This document shows, one piece after another, positions 1 through 9,897 of a DNA stretch of 64,000 nt. A program made the translations under genes and the position numbers. Under the pieces are notes generated by a model. That model had not been told where the DNA came from. It worked only from the letters and a program-made list of their open reading frames with translations, and ran no database searches. Origin of the DNA: Syntrophorhabdaceae bacterium (GTDB lineage Bacteria > Desulfobacterota > Syntrophorhabdia > Syntrophorhabdales > Syntrophorhabdaceae); contig OY762209.1 in assembly GCA_963665295.1 (NCBI GenBank), forward strand, positions 1,664,001 through 1,728,000, in the 5' to 3' direction. Position 1 is the stretch's first letter. Each line of letters starts with the position of its first letter.

Positions 1-1351
1 TTATTCCACGGTCCTCAACGCGGCGCGCCTCATGTTCAACCTCCCTGATGACGCGGACATGAGGGGACATATCTTTGTCTCCTCCGGCCTGGGCGGCATG
101 AGCGGGGCCCAGGGCAAGGCGGTGGAAATCGCGAACGGGGTGGCGATCATTGCCGAGGTGGACCCTTCAAGGATCGAGACGAGGCATTCCCAGGGTTGGA
201 TCGGCGAGGTGGTGGAAATGCCCGCCGAGGCATTCCGGATTGCAAAAGAGTACCAGACGGGAAAGAGTAAAGGGTCCATCGCCTTCTACGGCAACATAGT
301 GGACCTTCTCGAATACGCGGTGGAGAACCGTGTGGCCATCGACCTTCTCTCGGATCAGACCTCGTGCCACGCGGCCTACGACGGGGGATACTGCCCCCAG
401 GGGCTCACCTTCGACGAAAGGACGGACCTTCTGGGCAGGGACCATGACAGGTTCAAGGAAATGGTGGTCCGGTCCCTCAAGACCCACTATCGCCATATCA
501 AGACCCTTGTGGAGCGGGGCACGTATTTCTTCGACTATGGGAACAGCTTCCTCAAGGCCATATACGACGCGGGCGTCACGGAGATATGCAGGAACGGGAG
601 GGATGCGACGGACGGTTTCGTATTCCCCTCCTATGTGGAAGACATTATGGGACCCCTCCTTTTCGACCTCGGGTACGGGCCGTTCCGGTGGGTAGCCTTG
701 AGTGGGTCACCCGTTGACCTTGAGAAGACCGACAAAGCGGCCATGTCGTGCATTGACCCCGGCAGGAGATTCCAGGACCGGGACAACCACGCGTGGATAA
801 GGGATGCCGTCAAGAACAGGCTCGTGGTGGGCACCCAGGCGAGAATCCTCTACCAGGACGCGGAGGGGAGGATGAGGATAGCCCTCAAGTTCAACGAGAT
901 GGTGAGGAACGGCGAGATAGGGCCCGTCATGCTGGGTCGCGATCACCACGATACGGGGGGCACGGACTCTCCCTTCAGGGAAACGGCGAACATCAGGGAC
1001 GGGAGCAACATTATGGCGGATATGGCTACCCAGTGTTTCGCGGGCAACGCGGCGCGGGGCATGAGTCTCGTCGCCCTTCACAACGGGGGCGGCGTAGGCA
1101 TCGGCAAGGCGATCAACGGCGGGTTCGGCCTCGTCCTCGACGGGAGCGCGCGGGTGGACCGGGTAATCCGGGAAGCCATCCCCTGGGATGTGATGGGCGG
1201 TGTGGCGAGGAGGGCCTGGGCCCGCAACCCCGGGTCCATCGAGACGGCCATGGCGTATAACGAGGCCATGAAAGGGTCCGACCATATCACCCTTCCCTAC
1301 CTGGCGGACGAGGGGGCGCTCGCACGCCTCGTGGACAAGTTTATGCCGTGA
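1..1351 (+). CDS. hutU: Urocanate hydratase (long form), 5'-truncated by the window edge
   Basis: Frame is open from position 2 (YSTVLNAARLM...). Urocanase motifs SSGLGGMSGAQ, SDQTSCH, FDYGN, GRDHHD, DGSN, HNGGGVG. Sits upstream of ftcD/hutI. Confidence 0.95.
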   Translation, partial: YSTVLNAARLMFNLPDDADMRGHIFVSSGLGGMSGAQGKAVEIANGVAIIAEVDPSRIETRHSQGWIGEVVEMPAEAFRIAKEYQTGKSKGSIAFYGNIVDLLEYAVENRVAIDLLSDQTSCHAAYDGGYCPQGLTFDERTDLLGRDHDRFKEMVVRSLKTHYRHIKTLVERGTYFFDYGNSFLKAIYDAGVTEICRNGRDATDGFVFPSYVEDIMGPLLFDLGYGPFRWVALSGSPVDLEKTDKAAMSCIDPGRRFQDRDNHAWIRDAVKNRLVVGTQARILYQDAEGRMRIALKFNEMVRNGEIGPVMLGRDHHDTGGTDSPFRETANIRDGSNIMADMATQCFAGNAARGMSLVALHNGGGVGIGKAINGGFGLVLDGSARVDRVIREAIPWDVMGGVARRAWARNPGSIETAMAYNEAMKGSDHITLPYLADEGALARLVDKFMP

Positions 1352-1395
1352 TTACGGGGGGACGCGACGGCGCCCGAGGGAAAGCCAAATTTATA

Positions 1396-1423
1396 TTTAC
1401 CTATGTAGGGCGTAATGTATAGT
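1396..1423 (+). promoter_or_regulatory. Possible internal sigma70 promoter upstream of ftcD
   Basis: TTTACC-16 bp-TATAGT in an AT-rich intergenic patch. Confidence 0.3.
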
Positions 1424-1469
1424 AGAAACTGAAGCAGGATTTCCTTTGGTTGTGTAAGAGAGGCGGAGG

Positions 1470-2366
1470 ATGAAAAAGATCGTCGAATGTGTGCCCAATT
1501 TCAGTGAAGGCAGGGATGGAGAGAAGATAGAGCGCATACTCTCGTCTTTCCGGGGGAAGGATGGAGTGAGACTCCTCGACTTTCAGAGGGACGCGGACCA
1601 TAACAGGCTCGTGGTCACCGTGGTGGGGGAACCGGAAAGGGTGAGGGACGCGGTGGTGTCCGCAGTGGGCACGGCCATCGAGGTGATCGATATGCGCGGC
1701 CACAAGGGGCAGCACCCGAGAATGGGGGCAGTGGACGTGATCCCCTTTATCCCGGTGAAGGACGTGTCGGTAGAAGAGGCCGTTGCCCTTTCGAAAACAG
1801 TTGCGGCGGCGTTGTGGGAAAAATACCGGCTTCCCGTTTTCCTCTATGAGGCATCGGCCGTGCATGCGGACAGGAAGGACCTCGCGAACATCCGTAAAGG
1901 ACAATTCGAGGGGATGGCGGAAAAGCTGAGACTCCCCGAATGGGAGCCCGATTTCGGCGACAGGGTGCCCCACCCCACAGCGGGCGTGGTGGCGGTAGGA
2001 GCCAGGATGCCCCTCATCGCCTTCAACGTGAACCTCGACACGGACAACCTGGAGACGGCCAACGCCATTGCAAGGGCGGTGCGCCATATCAGCGGGGGGC
2101 TCAGGTACTGCAAGGCCATCGGGGTTGACCTGAAAGAGAGACGCATCACCCAGGTTTCCATGAACATGACGGATTTCACGAAGACGCCCCTTTACAGGGC
2201 CTTCGAACTGGTCCGCATCGAGGCGAAGCGGTACGGGGTCAACGTGGTGGGAAGCGAGATAGTGGGGCTCGTTCCCATGGCCGCCCTCATGGACACGGCG
2301 GCATACTACATGGGTATCGAGAATTTTACCGTGGAACAGGTGCTCGAAGCGCGGGTCGTGGAGTAA
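1470..2366 (+). CDS. ftcD: Glutamate formiminotransferase
   Basis: N-terminal IVECVPNFSEGR, DADHNR, HPRMGAVDVIPF and QVSMNMTD motifs. GGAGG RBS. Confidence 0.95.
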   Translation: MKKIVECVPNFSEGRDGEKIERILSSFRGKDGVRLLDFQRDADHNRLVVTVVGEPERVRDAVVSAVGTAIEVIDMRGHKGQHPRMGAVDVIPFIPVKDVSVEEAVALSKTVAAALWEKYRLPVFLYEASAVHADRKDLANIRKGQFEGMAEKLRLPEWEPDFGDRVPHPTAGVVAVGARMPLIAFNVNLDTDNLETANAIARAVRHISGGLRYCKAIGVDLKERRITQVSMNMTDFTKTPLYRAFELVRIEAKRYGVNVVGSEIVGLVPMAALMDTAAYYMGIENFTVEQVLEARVVE

Positions 2367-2368
2367 GG

Positions 2369-3637
2369 GTGGACGGGAATATAATCGTAAGAAACGCTTC
2401 GGAGCTTGTTACGGTAAGGGGCGAAGCGCCCAAAAAGGGGAGCGCCATGTCGGACCTCGGGATCATTCCTGACGGGGCGCTCGTCATAGAGAAGGGCGTC
2501 ATAGCGCGGGTAGGAGAGACCGACGAGGTGATGCGCGGCCTCGACACGGCAGCCTTCACTGTTATCGATGCCTCGGGAAAGGCGGTCCTTCCCGGGTTCA
2601 TAGACGCCCATACCCATTTCATCTTCGGCGGGTACAGGGCGGAGGAATTCTCCTGGCGTATCCGTGGTGAGAGCTACATGGAGATCATGAAGCGGGGCGG
2701 CGGCATCGTGAATTCGGTGCGGGCCACCAGGGACGCGACAAGAGAGGAACTCCTGCAGTCGGGAAGGGAAAGGCTCGACAGGATGCTCTCCTTCGGGGTC
2801 ACCACTGTTGAGGGTAAGAGCGGATACGGGCTCGATCATGATACGGAGCTTAAGCAGCTGGAAGTCATGAAGGAGCTTGATGCCCGGCACCCTGTCGATG
2901 TGGCGGTCACTTTCCTCGGCGCCCACGCGGTGCCCCCGGAATATGCAGGCAAGGGCGACGGGTTCATCGATTACCTGATAACCGGCGTGCTGCCCGACGT
3001 GGCGCGTCTCAAGCTCGCCGAATTTGCGGATGTCTTTTGCGAGCGGGGGGTCTTCTCCGTCTCGCAGTCGAGGAGATTTCTCGAAGCCGCGTCATCTTCG
3101 GGGTTGAAGCTGAAGATACACGCGGATGAGATGACTACCCTCGGGGGAGCGGAGCTGGCGGCGGATCTGAAGGCCGTGTCGGCGGACCACCTCCTCCACG
3201 CGTCCGACGCAGGGATAGAGGACTTAAGCCGGACGGGCGTAGTGGCCGTGCTTCTTCCTGCGACGGCGTTCAGCCTGAAAGAGCCCTACGCAAGGGGCCG
3301 GTTCATGATCGACAGGGGGTGCGCCGTTGCCCTCGCCACGGATTTCAACCCCGGAAGCTGTTTCTCCGAGTCCATCCCCCTCATATTTGCCCTTGCCACC
3401 CTTTACATGGGCATGACGCCCGAAGAGGCGGTCTCGGCCCTTACCGTGAACGGGGCGGCGGCTCTGGGACGGGCGGAGAAGATCGGCAGCCTCGAGGTCG
3501 GCAAGGCAGGGGACGCGGTGGTCCTCGAATTCCCCTCCTACCTGTACATTCCCTATCACATAGGAGTGAACAGCGTGGAAATGGTCATAAAAAACGGCAA
3601 CGTAGCAGTAGACAGAAAAAGGGCGGGTGAAAGATGA
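2369..3637 (+). CDS. hutI: Imidazolonepropionase
   Basis: Amidohydrolase motifs PGFIDAHTH, EGKSGYGLD, KIHADE, SADHL, ATDFNPGS. GTG start. Confidence 0.95.
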   Translation: MDGNIIVRNASELVTVRGEAPKKGSAMSDLGIIPDGALVIEKGVIARVGETDEVMRGLDTAAFTVIDASGKAVLPGFIDAHTHFIFGGYRAEEFSWRIRGESYMEIMKRGGGIVNSVRATRDATREELLQSGRERLDRMLSFGVTTVEGKSGYGLDHDTELKQLEVMKELDARHPVDVAVTFLGAHAVPPEYAGKGDGFIDYLITGVLPDVARLKLAEFADVFCERGVFSVSQSRRFLEAASSSGLKLKIHADEMTTLGGAELAADLKAVSADHLLHASDAGIEDLSRTGVVAVLLPATAFSLKEPYARGRFMIDRGCAVALATDFNPGSCFSESIPLIFALATLYMGMTPEEAVSALTVNGAAALGRAEKIGSLEVGKAGDAVVLEFPSYLYIPYHIGVNSVEMVIKNGNVAVDRKRAGER

Positions 3638-4272
3638 TGCTTACAGCGTTGACGGTACGCGATTTTCTGGAACAGGTTGCATCAGGGGAGCCCGTGCCCG
3701 GTGGAGGAAGCGTTGCGGCCCTTGCCGCGGCCCTTTCCGCAGGCCTTTCGGGCATGGTGGCACGCCTTACCCTCGGAAAAAAGGATGACCCGGCCCTGGA
3801 CGAAAGGATGTCCTCCCTCATGGGGACGGCCTCCCGGCTCATGACGCGCCTTGCGGGGGATATTGACTGGGACGCCGCGGCGTACAGTGCGGTCATGGAC
3901 GCATACGGAATGCCGAAGGGCACGGAAGAGGAAAAAGCGATCCGCGTGGAGACGATCCAGAAGGCCCTCGCAGAGGCGGCCCGGGTGCCCCTTTCCGTGG
4001 CGGAGGCGGGCTTTTACCTTCTCACCCTTGCCGAGGCCGTGGTGAGGGAAGGCAACCCGAACGCGGTGACGGACGGACTGACCGCGGCCCTCATGGCGCG
4101 TTCCGCCGTGCTCGCTGCCCTCTTCAACGTGAGGATAAACCTCTCATCCATCAAGGACAGGGAACTCGTGGCCCGGATGACGGCGAAGGCTGAAATCCTT
4201 GAAAGGAATACGGCGGAAAAGGAAAAGGAGATCATCGAACTCGGCCGGTCCATGATGGCAAGACCGGCGTAA
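3634..4272 (+). CDS. fchA: Formiminotetrahydrofolate cyclodeaminase
   Basis: PVPGGGSVAA, GNPNAVTD and NVRINL motifs of the FTCD C-terminal family. ATGA overlap with hutI. Confidence 0.9.
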   Translation: MMLTALTVRDFLEQVASGEPVPGGGSVAALAAALSAGLSGMVARLTLGKKDDPALDERMSSLMGTASRLMTRLAGDIDWDAAAYSAVMDAYGMPKGTEEEKAIRVETIQKALAEAARVPLSVAEAGFYLLTLAEAVVREGNPNAVTDGLTAALMARSAVLAALFNVRINLSSIKDRELVARMTAKAEILERNTAEKEKEIIELGRSMMARPA

Positions 4273-4281
4273 GGAGTATCC

Positions 4282-5148
4282 ATGCGTTTGTTCATCGAAC
4301 AGTTGTTGAACGGCATTGCCATGGGTTCCATTTATGCCCTTGTGACCCTCGGCCTTGCCCTTGTGTACGGGATTATGAGGATACTCCACGTGGCCCATGC
4401 GGCGGTATTCATGGTGGGGGCTTATGCGGGCCTTCTCATTTTTAATCTTACGGGGAGCCTTACCCTCGCGTTTCTCGGGTCCATGGCCATATGCGCGGTC
4501 ATCGGGGTGCTCATAGAGCGGTTCATCTACTTCCCCCTCATGAAATATCCTCCCTACGTGCCCCTTATCGGGAGCATCGCCGTCATGCTCTCCCTCGAAG
4601 AGGTAATGAGACTCATCGCCGGGCCCTATATCCTTACGTTCCCCGCGAAACTCCCCTTCCCCGACCTTAACATGGGCGGCATCACCGTATCGTCCACATT
4701 GCTCGCTGTCTACGCCATTACCGCGCTGGTGCTCCTCGTGCTCTGGTACATCACCACCCGCACGGAACTGGGCCTCGCCATGCGGGCCACCTCCCAGGAT
4801 ATCGCCATCTCCGGGACCATGGGCATCAACAGCCACAAGATCATATCCATTACCTTTGTCATAGGCTCCTCCATTGCCTCTATCGCGGGCATCCTCGTGG
4901 GCATCTACTATAACCAGGTATATCCGACCATGGGGACCGTTCCCGCGTACAAGACGCTGGCCCTCATCGTGGTGGGCGGCTTGGGGTCCGTGCCGGGGGC
5001 GGTGATTGCGTCGCTCCTTTTGGGCGTGTCGGAAACGCTCCTCATCGGTTATGCGAACATCCCCCTTCCCAGGGACGCCCTGGCCTTTATCGCCATGATA
5101 GGCGTCCTCATGTGGCGTTCCGAGGGACTCCTCGGCTCGTCGAGATAG
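4282..5148 (+). CDS. livH: Branched-chain amino acid-type ABC transporter permease (LivH family)
   Basis: QLLNGIAMGSIYAL, GLAMRA and VVGGLGS motifs. Hydrophobic throughout. Confidence 0.9.
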   Translation: MRLFIEQLLNGIAMGSIYALVTLGLALVYGIMRILHVAHAAVFMVGAYAGLLIFNLTGSLTLAFLGSMAICAVIGVLIERFIYFPLMKYPPYVPLIGSIAVMLSLEEVMRLIAGPYILTFPAKLPFPDLNMGGITVSSTLLAVYAITALVLLVLWYITTRTELGLAMRATSQDIAISGTMGINSHKIISITFVIGSSIASIAGILVGIYYNQVYPTMGTVPAYKTLALIVVGGLGSVPGAVIASLLLGVSETLLIGYANIPLPRDALAFIAMIGVLMWRSEGLLGSSR

Positions 5149-5157
5149 GGGGCGCCC

Positions 5158-6042
5158 ATGAGCTCTTATGCCATAACCATCGGAACCATCCTGGCCATAC
5201 AGGCAATCGCCGTGTGCGGCCTCAACGTGATTGTCGGATACGCGGGCCAGATCTCCCTCGGCCACGCGGCCTTTTTCGGGATAGGGGCATACAGCGCCGC
5301 CATACTCTCCACAAAGCTGGGGTTTTCCTTCTGGACCGCCCTGCCGCTCGTGATAGGGATCAGTGTGCTCATAGGTTTCCTCCTCGGCCTCCCCAGCATC
5401 AGGGTGAGGGAGGATTTCCTCGCCATCACCACCATCGGCATCAACTTCATCGTGGAAGCGGTGTTCCGTTATGTTCCCTTCTTCGGCGGCGCCCTGGGCA
5501 TCGGCGGCATCCCGCGGATCGTCTTCTTCGGCGTGAGGTTGAAGGGGTTGGCCTTTTTCTTTCTCTGCCTCGGTTTTCTCGCCGTGACCCTCCTCGTCTG
5601 CTGGTGGCTTACCAGGAGTTGGGCGAGCCTCGCGTGTTATGCGATCAGAGAGGAGGAGACGGCTGCCTCCGCCATGGGCATTTCTCCCGTCCGGTTCAAG
5701 CTCCTCTCCTTTGTCATAGGTACGGCCATGGCGGGGCTCGCGGGCGCTCTTTACGCCCACTACATGCAGTTCATCAGCGCCGGTGACTTCTCTTTTCCTG
5801 TTTCCGTCATGCTCTTGAGTATGCTCGTCCTCGGGGGGATGGGGACCATATGGGGCCCTGTGGCGGGCACCCTGATCCTCGGCGTGCTCCCGGAGCTTTT
5901 CCGGCCTCTCGTCGACTACAGGATATTCTTCTACACCGTGCTCCTTCTCCTGGTGATACGTTTCCAGCCGGGCGGGCTCTTAGGTGAGGAAAGCGCCATG
6001 CGCCGGGTCCTCGCGCCCATCTTGAGGGGAGGGAGAAAATGA
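5158..6042 (+). CDS. livM: Branched-chain amino acid-type ABC transporter permease (LivM family)
   Basis: GYAGQISLGHAAFFGIGAY, AIREEE and LGGMGT motifs. Confidence 0.9.
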   Translation: MSSYAITIGTILAIQAIAVCGLNVIVGYAGQISLGHAAFFGIGAYSAAILSTKLGFSFWTALPLVIGISVLIGFLLGLPSIRVREDFLAITTIGINFIVEAVFRYVPFFGGALGIGGIPRIVFFGVRLKGLAFFFLCLGFLAVTLLVCWWLTRSWASLACYAIREEETAASAMGISPVRFKLLSFVIGTAMAGLAGALYAHYMQFISAGDFSFPVSVMLLSMLVLGGMGTIWGPVAGTLILGVLPELFRPLVDYRIFFYTVLLLLVIRFQPGGLLGEESAMRRVLAPILRGGRK

Positions 6043-6806
6043 CGGAGCCTCTCCTTTCTCTAAAAGGTGTCTCCAAATATTTCGGGGGCCTGAAGGCCGT
6101 GGACGGGGTCGATTTCGATGTCATCCCCGGCGAGATCATGGGCATCCTGGGACCGAACGGCGCGGGCAAGACGGTGCTCTTCAATCTCATCTCCGGCGTA
6201 TACGAGCCGACGGCCGGGGAGATACGGCTTAAGGGCGTGAAGATCGGAGGCCTTCCTGCCCACGTGGTGGCCCGGGCAGGCATAGGGAGAACATTCCAGG
6301 TGGTGAAGCCCTTCGCATCGCTCACCGTCCTCCAGAATGTGCTCGTGGCCGAAGGGATTACCCGGTACGACCACCTCGCAAAGGTCTGGGCGCCCTGGGG
6401 CTCGAAGCCGGAGATAAGAGCGGCCATGGAAATCCTTGAAAAGGTGGGCCTCGCGGAGTTGGCCCACAGAAAGGCGGGCCTTTTGCCCCTCGGGAACCTG
6501 AGACGTCTCGAAATCGCCCGGGCCCTGGTGGTGGGCCGCACGCTCGTCCTCCTGGACGAGTCCTTTTCGGGCCTCAGGCATGAAGAAATCGGCAAACTCG
6601 AAGCCCTGATCCGCCGGATAAGAGACGAGGGACGCACCGTCATCTTGATCGAACATAATATGCGTGTTACCATGGGCCTTTGCGACCGCATCGTGGTCCT
6701 CGACCATGGGAGGAAGATCGCCGAAGGCCCTCCCCGGACGATCCAGGAGGACGAGACGGTGATTGAAGCATATCTCGGCAGGAAGGGGACAAAGTATGCT
6801 CCTTGA
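6039..6806 (+). CDS. livG: ABC ATPase (LivG family)
   Basis: FGGLKAV, Walker A GPNGAGKT, GRTFQ, IEHNM, C-terminal VIEAYLG. Confidence 0.9.
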   Translation: MTEPLLSLKGVSKYFGGLKAVDGVDFDVIPGEIMGILGPNGAGKTVLFNLISGVYEPTAGEIRLKGVKIGGLPAHVVARAGIGRTFQVVKPFASLTVLQNVLVAEGITRYDHLAKVWAPWGSKPEIRAAMEILEKVGLAELAHRKAGLLPLGNLRRLEIARALVVGRTLVLLDESFSGLRHEEIGKLEALIRRIRDEGRTVILIEHNMRVTMGLCDRIVVLDHGRKIAEGPPRTIQEDETVIEAYLGRKGTKYAP

Positions 6807-7506
6807 CGTACAAGACATCCACATTGCCTATGGCGACATCGAGGCCGTGTCCGGGGTGAGTTTCCATCTTGAAAAGGGAGAGCTCATCTCCGTTATCGGC
6901 GCGAACGGTGCGGGCAAGACCTCCATTCTGGGGAGTGTCATGGGCATTCTCCCTGTCAGGAAGGGATCGGTCTTCTTCAAGGGCCGGGATATTACGGGCC
7001 TGCCTTCCCACGAGCGGGCGAGGCTGGGCATACGGATGGTCCCTGAGCGTTCCCGCGTGTTCCCCCGCCTTACGGTGTACGAAAACCTTCTTACCGGCGT
7101 GTACGGGCTCCGGAAAAAGATGCCCGTGGCCGGACGCATACAATGGCTCTACGGGATTTTTCCTATTCTCGAGGAACGGCGGGACCAGCTTGCCCGGACC
7201 CTTTCGGGGGGCGAGCAGCAGCAGTTGTCCATAGCCCGTGCCCTCATATCCGACCCGGAGCTTCTTCTCGTGGACGAGGTATCCATGGGCTTAAGCCCCA
7301 TGCTCGTGGAGCAGGTCTTCGGGGTTCTCGAACAACTGAACCGCGAGCATGGACTCACCATCCTCCTCGTGGAGCAGAACGCCTTTGCGTCCCTCTCCAT
7401 TTCCGGGCGCGGGTACGTGCTGGAGACGGGGACGTGCGCCCTTTCGGGGAGTGCGGCGGAGCTTCTCGACAACCCTCAGGTGAAAGAGGTGTACCTCGGC
7501 AATTAA
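6796..7506 (+). CDS. livF: ABC ATPase (LivF family)
   Basis: Walker A GANGAGKT, LSGGEQQ, LLVEQNA. Start placed at ATG 6796, overlapping the livG end. Confidence 0.9.
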   Translation: MLLDVQDIHIAYGDIEAVSGVSFHLEKGELISVIGANGAGKTSILGSVMGILPVRKGSVFFKGRDITGLPSHERARLGIRMVPERSRVFPRLTVYENLLTGVYGLRKKMPVAGRIQWLYGIFPILEERRDQLARTLSGGEQQQLSIARALISDPELLLVDEVSMGLSPMLVEQVFGVLEQLNREHGLTILLVEQNAFASLSISGRGYVLETGTCALSGSAAELLDNPQVKEVYLGN

Positions 7507-7560
7507 GGCGGGGCGGAAATAGATGGAAGTCAACACAAATACTTACTGGAGGTGCTGCAC

Positions 7561-8718
7561 ATGAAGGGTCTCAAGGTAATTTGTCTTGTCCTTGCGGGAT
7601 GCTTTCTCCTTGCGGGAGTTTCGGCGGCGGCGGATACGATCAAGATCGGTCTTCTGGTTCCCCTGACCGGCGCGGCCGCGGCGGACGGCCTCTCCGCCCA
7701 GAATTCGGTGAAGCTCGCCGTGGAGCGGGTCAACGCCGAAGGAGGGCTGATGGGAAAGAAGGTGGAGCTTATCTCCTACGATGACCGGGGCGACGCGAAA
7801 GACGCGGTGGCCCTCGCGAGAAAGCTCATCGAACAGGACAAGGTGGCGGCTGTGGTGGGCGGTTCCTACAGCCAGCCGAGCAGGGCCGTGGCGCCCATTT
7901 TCCAGGAAGAGAAGATACCCTTTGTCGCCGCCTATGCGGTCCATCCCGATATTACCAAGGCAGGTAACTTCTGTTTCCGGAACGGCTTTTTGGGCCAGGT
8001 GGAAGGCAAATCTGCGGGCTACGTGGCCGTGAAGATGCTGAAGGCGAAGAGGATCGCCCTCCTTACGAGCGACAACGACTTCGGGCGCACCCTTGCCGAG
8101 GGATTCAAGTATTACATGGATAAATATGCGAAGGGCGCGGCCACGGTGGTCTCACAGCAGGTCTATCCCATGGCCGAAAAGGATTTCAAGGCCTACCTCT
8201 CCAAGATCAAACAGGAAAACCCCGACCTCATTCTCGCAAGCGGCTATTACTTTCAGACCGGTCCCATCGTGAAGCAGGCGAGAGAAATGGGCATTACCGC
8301 CCATATCCTGGGCGAAGAAGGGGCGGATTCCCCGAAATTCGTGGAGATCGCGGGAAAGCCCGCGGCTGAAGGTTTCGTGATCGTCACGAACCTCAACAGG
8401 GACGACAAGAGGCCGGAGGTCAAGAAGTTCCTCACCACCTATGAAACGAGGTTCAAGATCGAGCCCGACATGGTAGGCGCTTCCGCCTACGACGGCTTCA
8501 TGATCATCTGCGACGCCATCAAGCGGGCAAAGAGCGTGAAAGGCCCCGACATAAGGGCTGCCATAGCGTCGATCAAGAACTTCAATGGCTTGACCGGTGA
8601 AATCAAAAGATTCACCGCCGAAGGCGAGGTAGTAAAGGATGTGCAGGTCCAGATCGTAAAGAAAGGCCGTTTCCGCAACCTGGGAGTAGTAACCGAGCCG
8701 GAACTGATTACGCCTTAA
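7561..8718 (+). CDS. Liv-type ABC transporter periplasmic substrate-binding protein
   Basis: Signal peptide followed by IKIGLLVPLTG, VNAEGG...GKKVEL...YDD, DFKAYLSKIK and YDG. GGAGG RBS before ATG 7561. Confidence 0.9.
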   Translation: MKGLKVICLVLAGCFLLAGVSAAADTIKIGLLVPLTGAAAADGLSAQNSVKLAVERVNAEGGLMGKKVELISYDDRGDAKDAVALARKLIEQDKVAAVVGGSYSQPSRAVAPIFQEEKIPFVAAYAVHPDITKAGNFCFRNGFLGQVEGKSAGYVAVKMLKAKRIALLTSDNDFGRTLAEGFKYYMDKYAKGAATVVSQQVYPMAEKDFKAYLSKIKQENPDLILASGYYFQTGPIVKQAREMGITAHILGEEGADSPKFVEIAGKPAAEGFVIVTNLNRDDKRPEVKKFLTTYETRFKIEPDMVGASAYDGFMIICDAIKRAKSVKGPDIRAAIASIKNFNGLTGEIKRFTAEGEVVKDVQVQIVKKGRFRNLGVVTEPELITP

Positions 8719-8729
8719 GGGCAACTCTC

Positions 8730-8761
8730 TCTCGCCCTCTCCCACAAAGGAGAGGGCGAGA
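8730..8761. terminator. Hairpin between convergent genes (terminator or REP-like)
   Basis: 13-bp perfect stem TCTCGCCCTCTCC / GGAGAGGGCGAGA with a 6-nt loop. No clear U tract. Confidence 0.55.
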
Positions 8762-8795
8762 ACACAGCAAGACAAGGAGACTCCGGGCACACCTC

Positions 8796-9797
8796 TTACG
8801 GTTCCCGGCTGAGGACGGCGGTGAGGCATCGGGCGCTGCTGCCGTATTCTATGGTCGTGTGCAGGGGGACCGTGATTGCTTCCATGCCGCGCTTTCGGTA
8901 TTCCCGTGCGATCCGCTCATATTGCGCTGCCACGACAATGGTGTCGGGATCGATGGAGAGGTTGTTGGCTCCTGCCCGTTCTTCCGGAGCGACCAAGATC
9001 TTATCCCAGCTTTTGAGCGGTCCGGGGAGGTCATCGACGAGGGCCGCAGGGCAGTAGGTGAGGAGTCCCGGCCGGTTGAGGCTCAAGACCCAGTCGAGGT
9101 GGAAGCGTTCCGGGGCGAGGCGGATAAGGTGCACCTTGTAATCGCGTCCCAGGAATTGCCGCAGCCAGTCGAGGCCGCGCTCGTTCGAGGCGTTTCCCGA
9201 CATGCCCACGTACACGTTGAACCCGTCCGTCATGATATCCCCGTTCTCGATATAGAGATCGTCGTCCCTGTAATGGGGTGAAGGGGGAGGCGTGGCGACA
9301 TAGCGGACATCTGCGCCCTTGATCAGCTTTTCGAGGACCGGGCGGACCACCCATACCTGTTTGCGTCGGAAGGGATACCTGAAGGAATTGAGGAGGATCA
9401 CGTTGTGGCCGATGACCCTGAAGAAATCGGCGCCCCCGAAGAGCATGTCCCCTCTCTGGATATGGGCGAGAAAATCCTTCTCCTCGGGATAGCGGAGTGG
9501 CTTTGTCCGGTGCACTATAACCCCGTGGTCCTGAAGCACCTTTACGTGCCCTTCGATCTGTTCCCTGAGAAGCGCGAATTCCCCGGGAAAAACATCAATA
9601 GTCTTTTTTCCCGCGCACTCCTTGAGGGCCCGCACGTCCGCTTCACGGAGCCACTTCATGGCCGGGATATAGTCCATTTCGACCGTGTCATCCACAATGC
9701 CGACCACCGCTTCCTTCAGACGGCCCCATTCATTATAGACGCCTATGGTTCTCTTCTCCTTGCTCCCGGTGGCGCGCCCGCCGGACGTCTTGTCCAT
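8796..9797 (-). CDS. Amidinotransferase/deiminase (pentein) superfamily enzyme
   Basis: N-terminal VYNEWGRLKEAVVG. Catalytic-type motifs ENGD, FHLD and ARCLT. AGGAGG RBS before ATG 9797. Confidence 0.8.
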   Translation of the reverse strand: MDKTSGGRATGSKEKRTIGVYNEWGRLKEAVVGIVDDTVEMDYIPAMKWLREADVRALKECAGKKTIDVFPGEFALLREQIEGHVKVLQDHGVIVHRTKPLRYPEEKDFLAHIQRGDMLFGGADFFRVIGHNVILLNSFRYPFRRKQVWVVRPVLEKLIKGADVRYVATPPPSPHYRDDDLYIENGDIMTDGFNVYVGMSGNASNERGLDWLRQFLGRDYKVHLIRLAPERFHLDWVLSLNRPGLLTYCPAALVDDLPGPLKSWDKILVAPEERAGANNLSIDPDTIVVAAQYERIAREYRKRGMEAITVPLHTTIEYGSSARCLTAVLSREP

Positions 9798-9897
9798 GGT
9801 ATTATTCCTCCTGTAGTCATCCGGGAAAGGTGCAGTCGGTCGTCGTGACTCATTCCCGGAGACTGATCTTTGATGTCGCATGGAGTGTGTACCCTCT

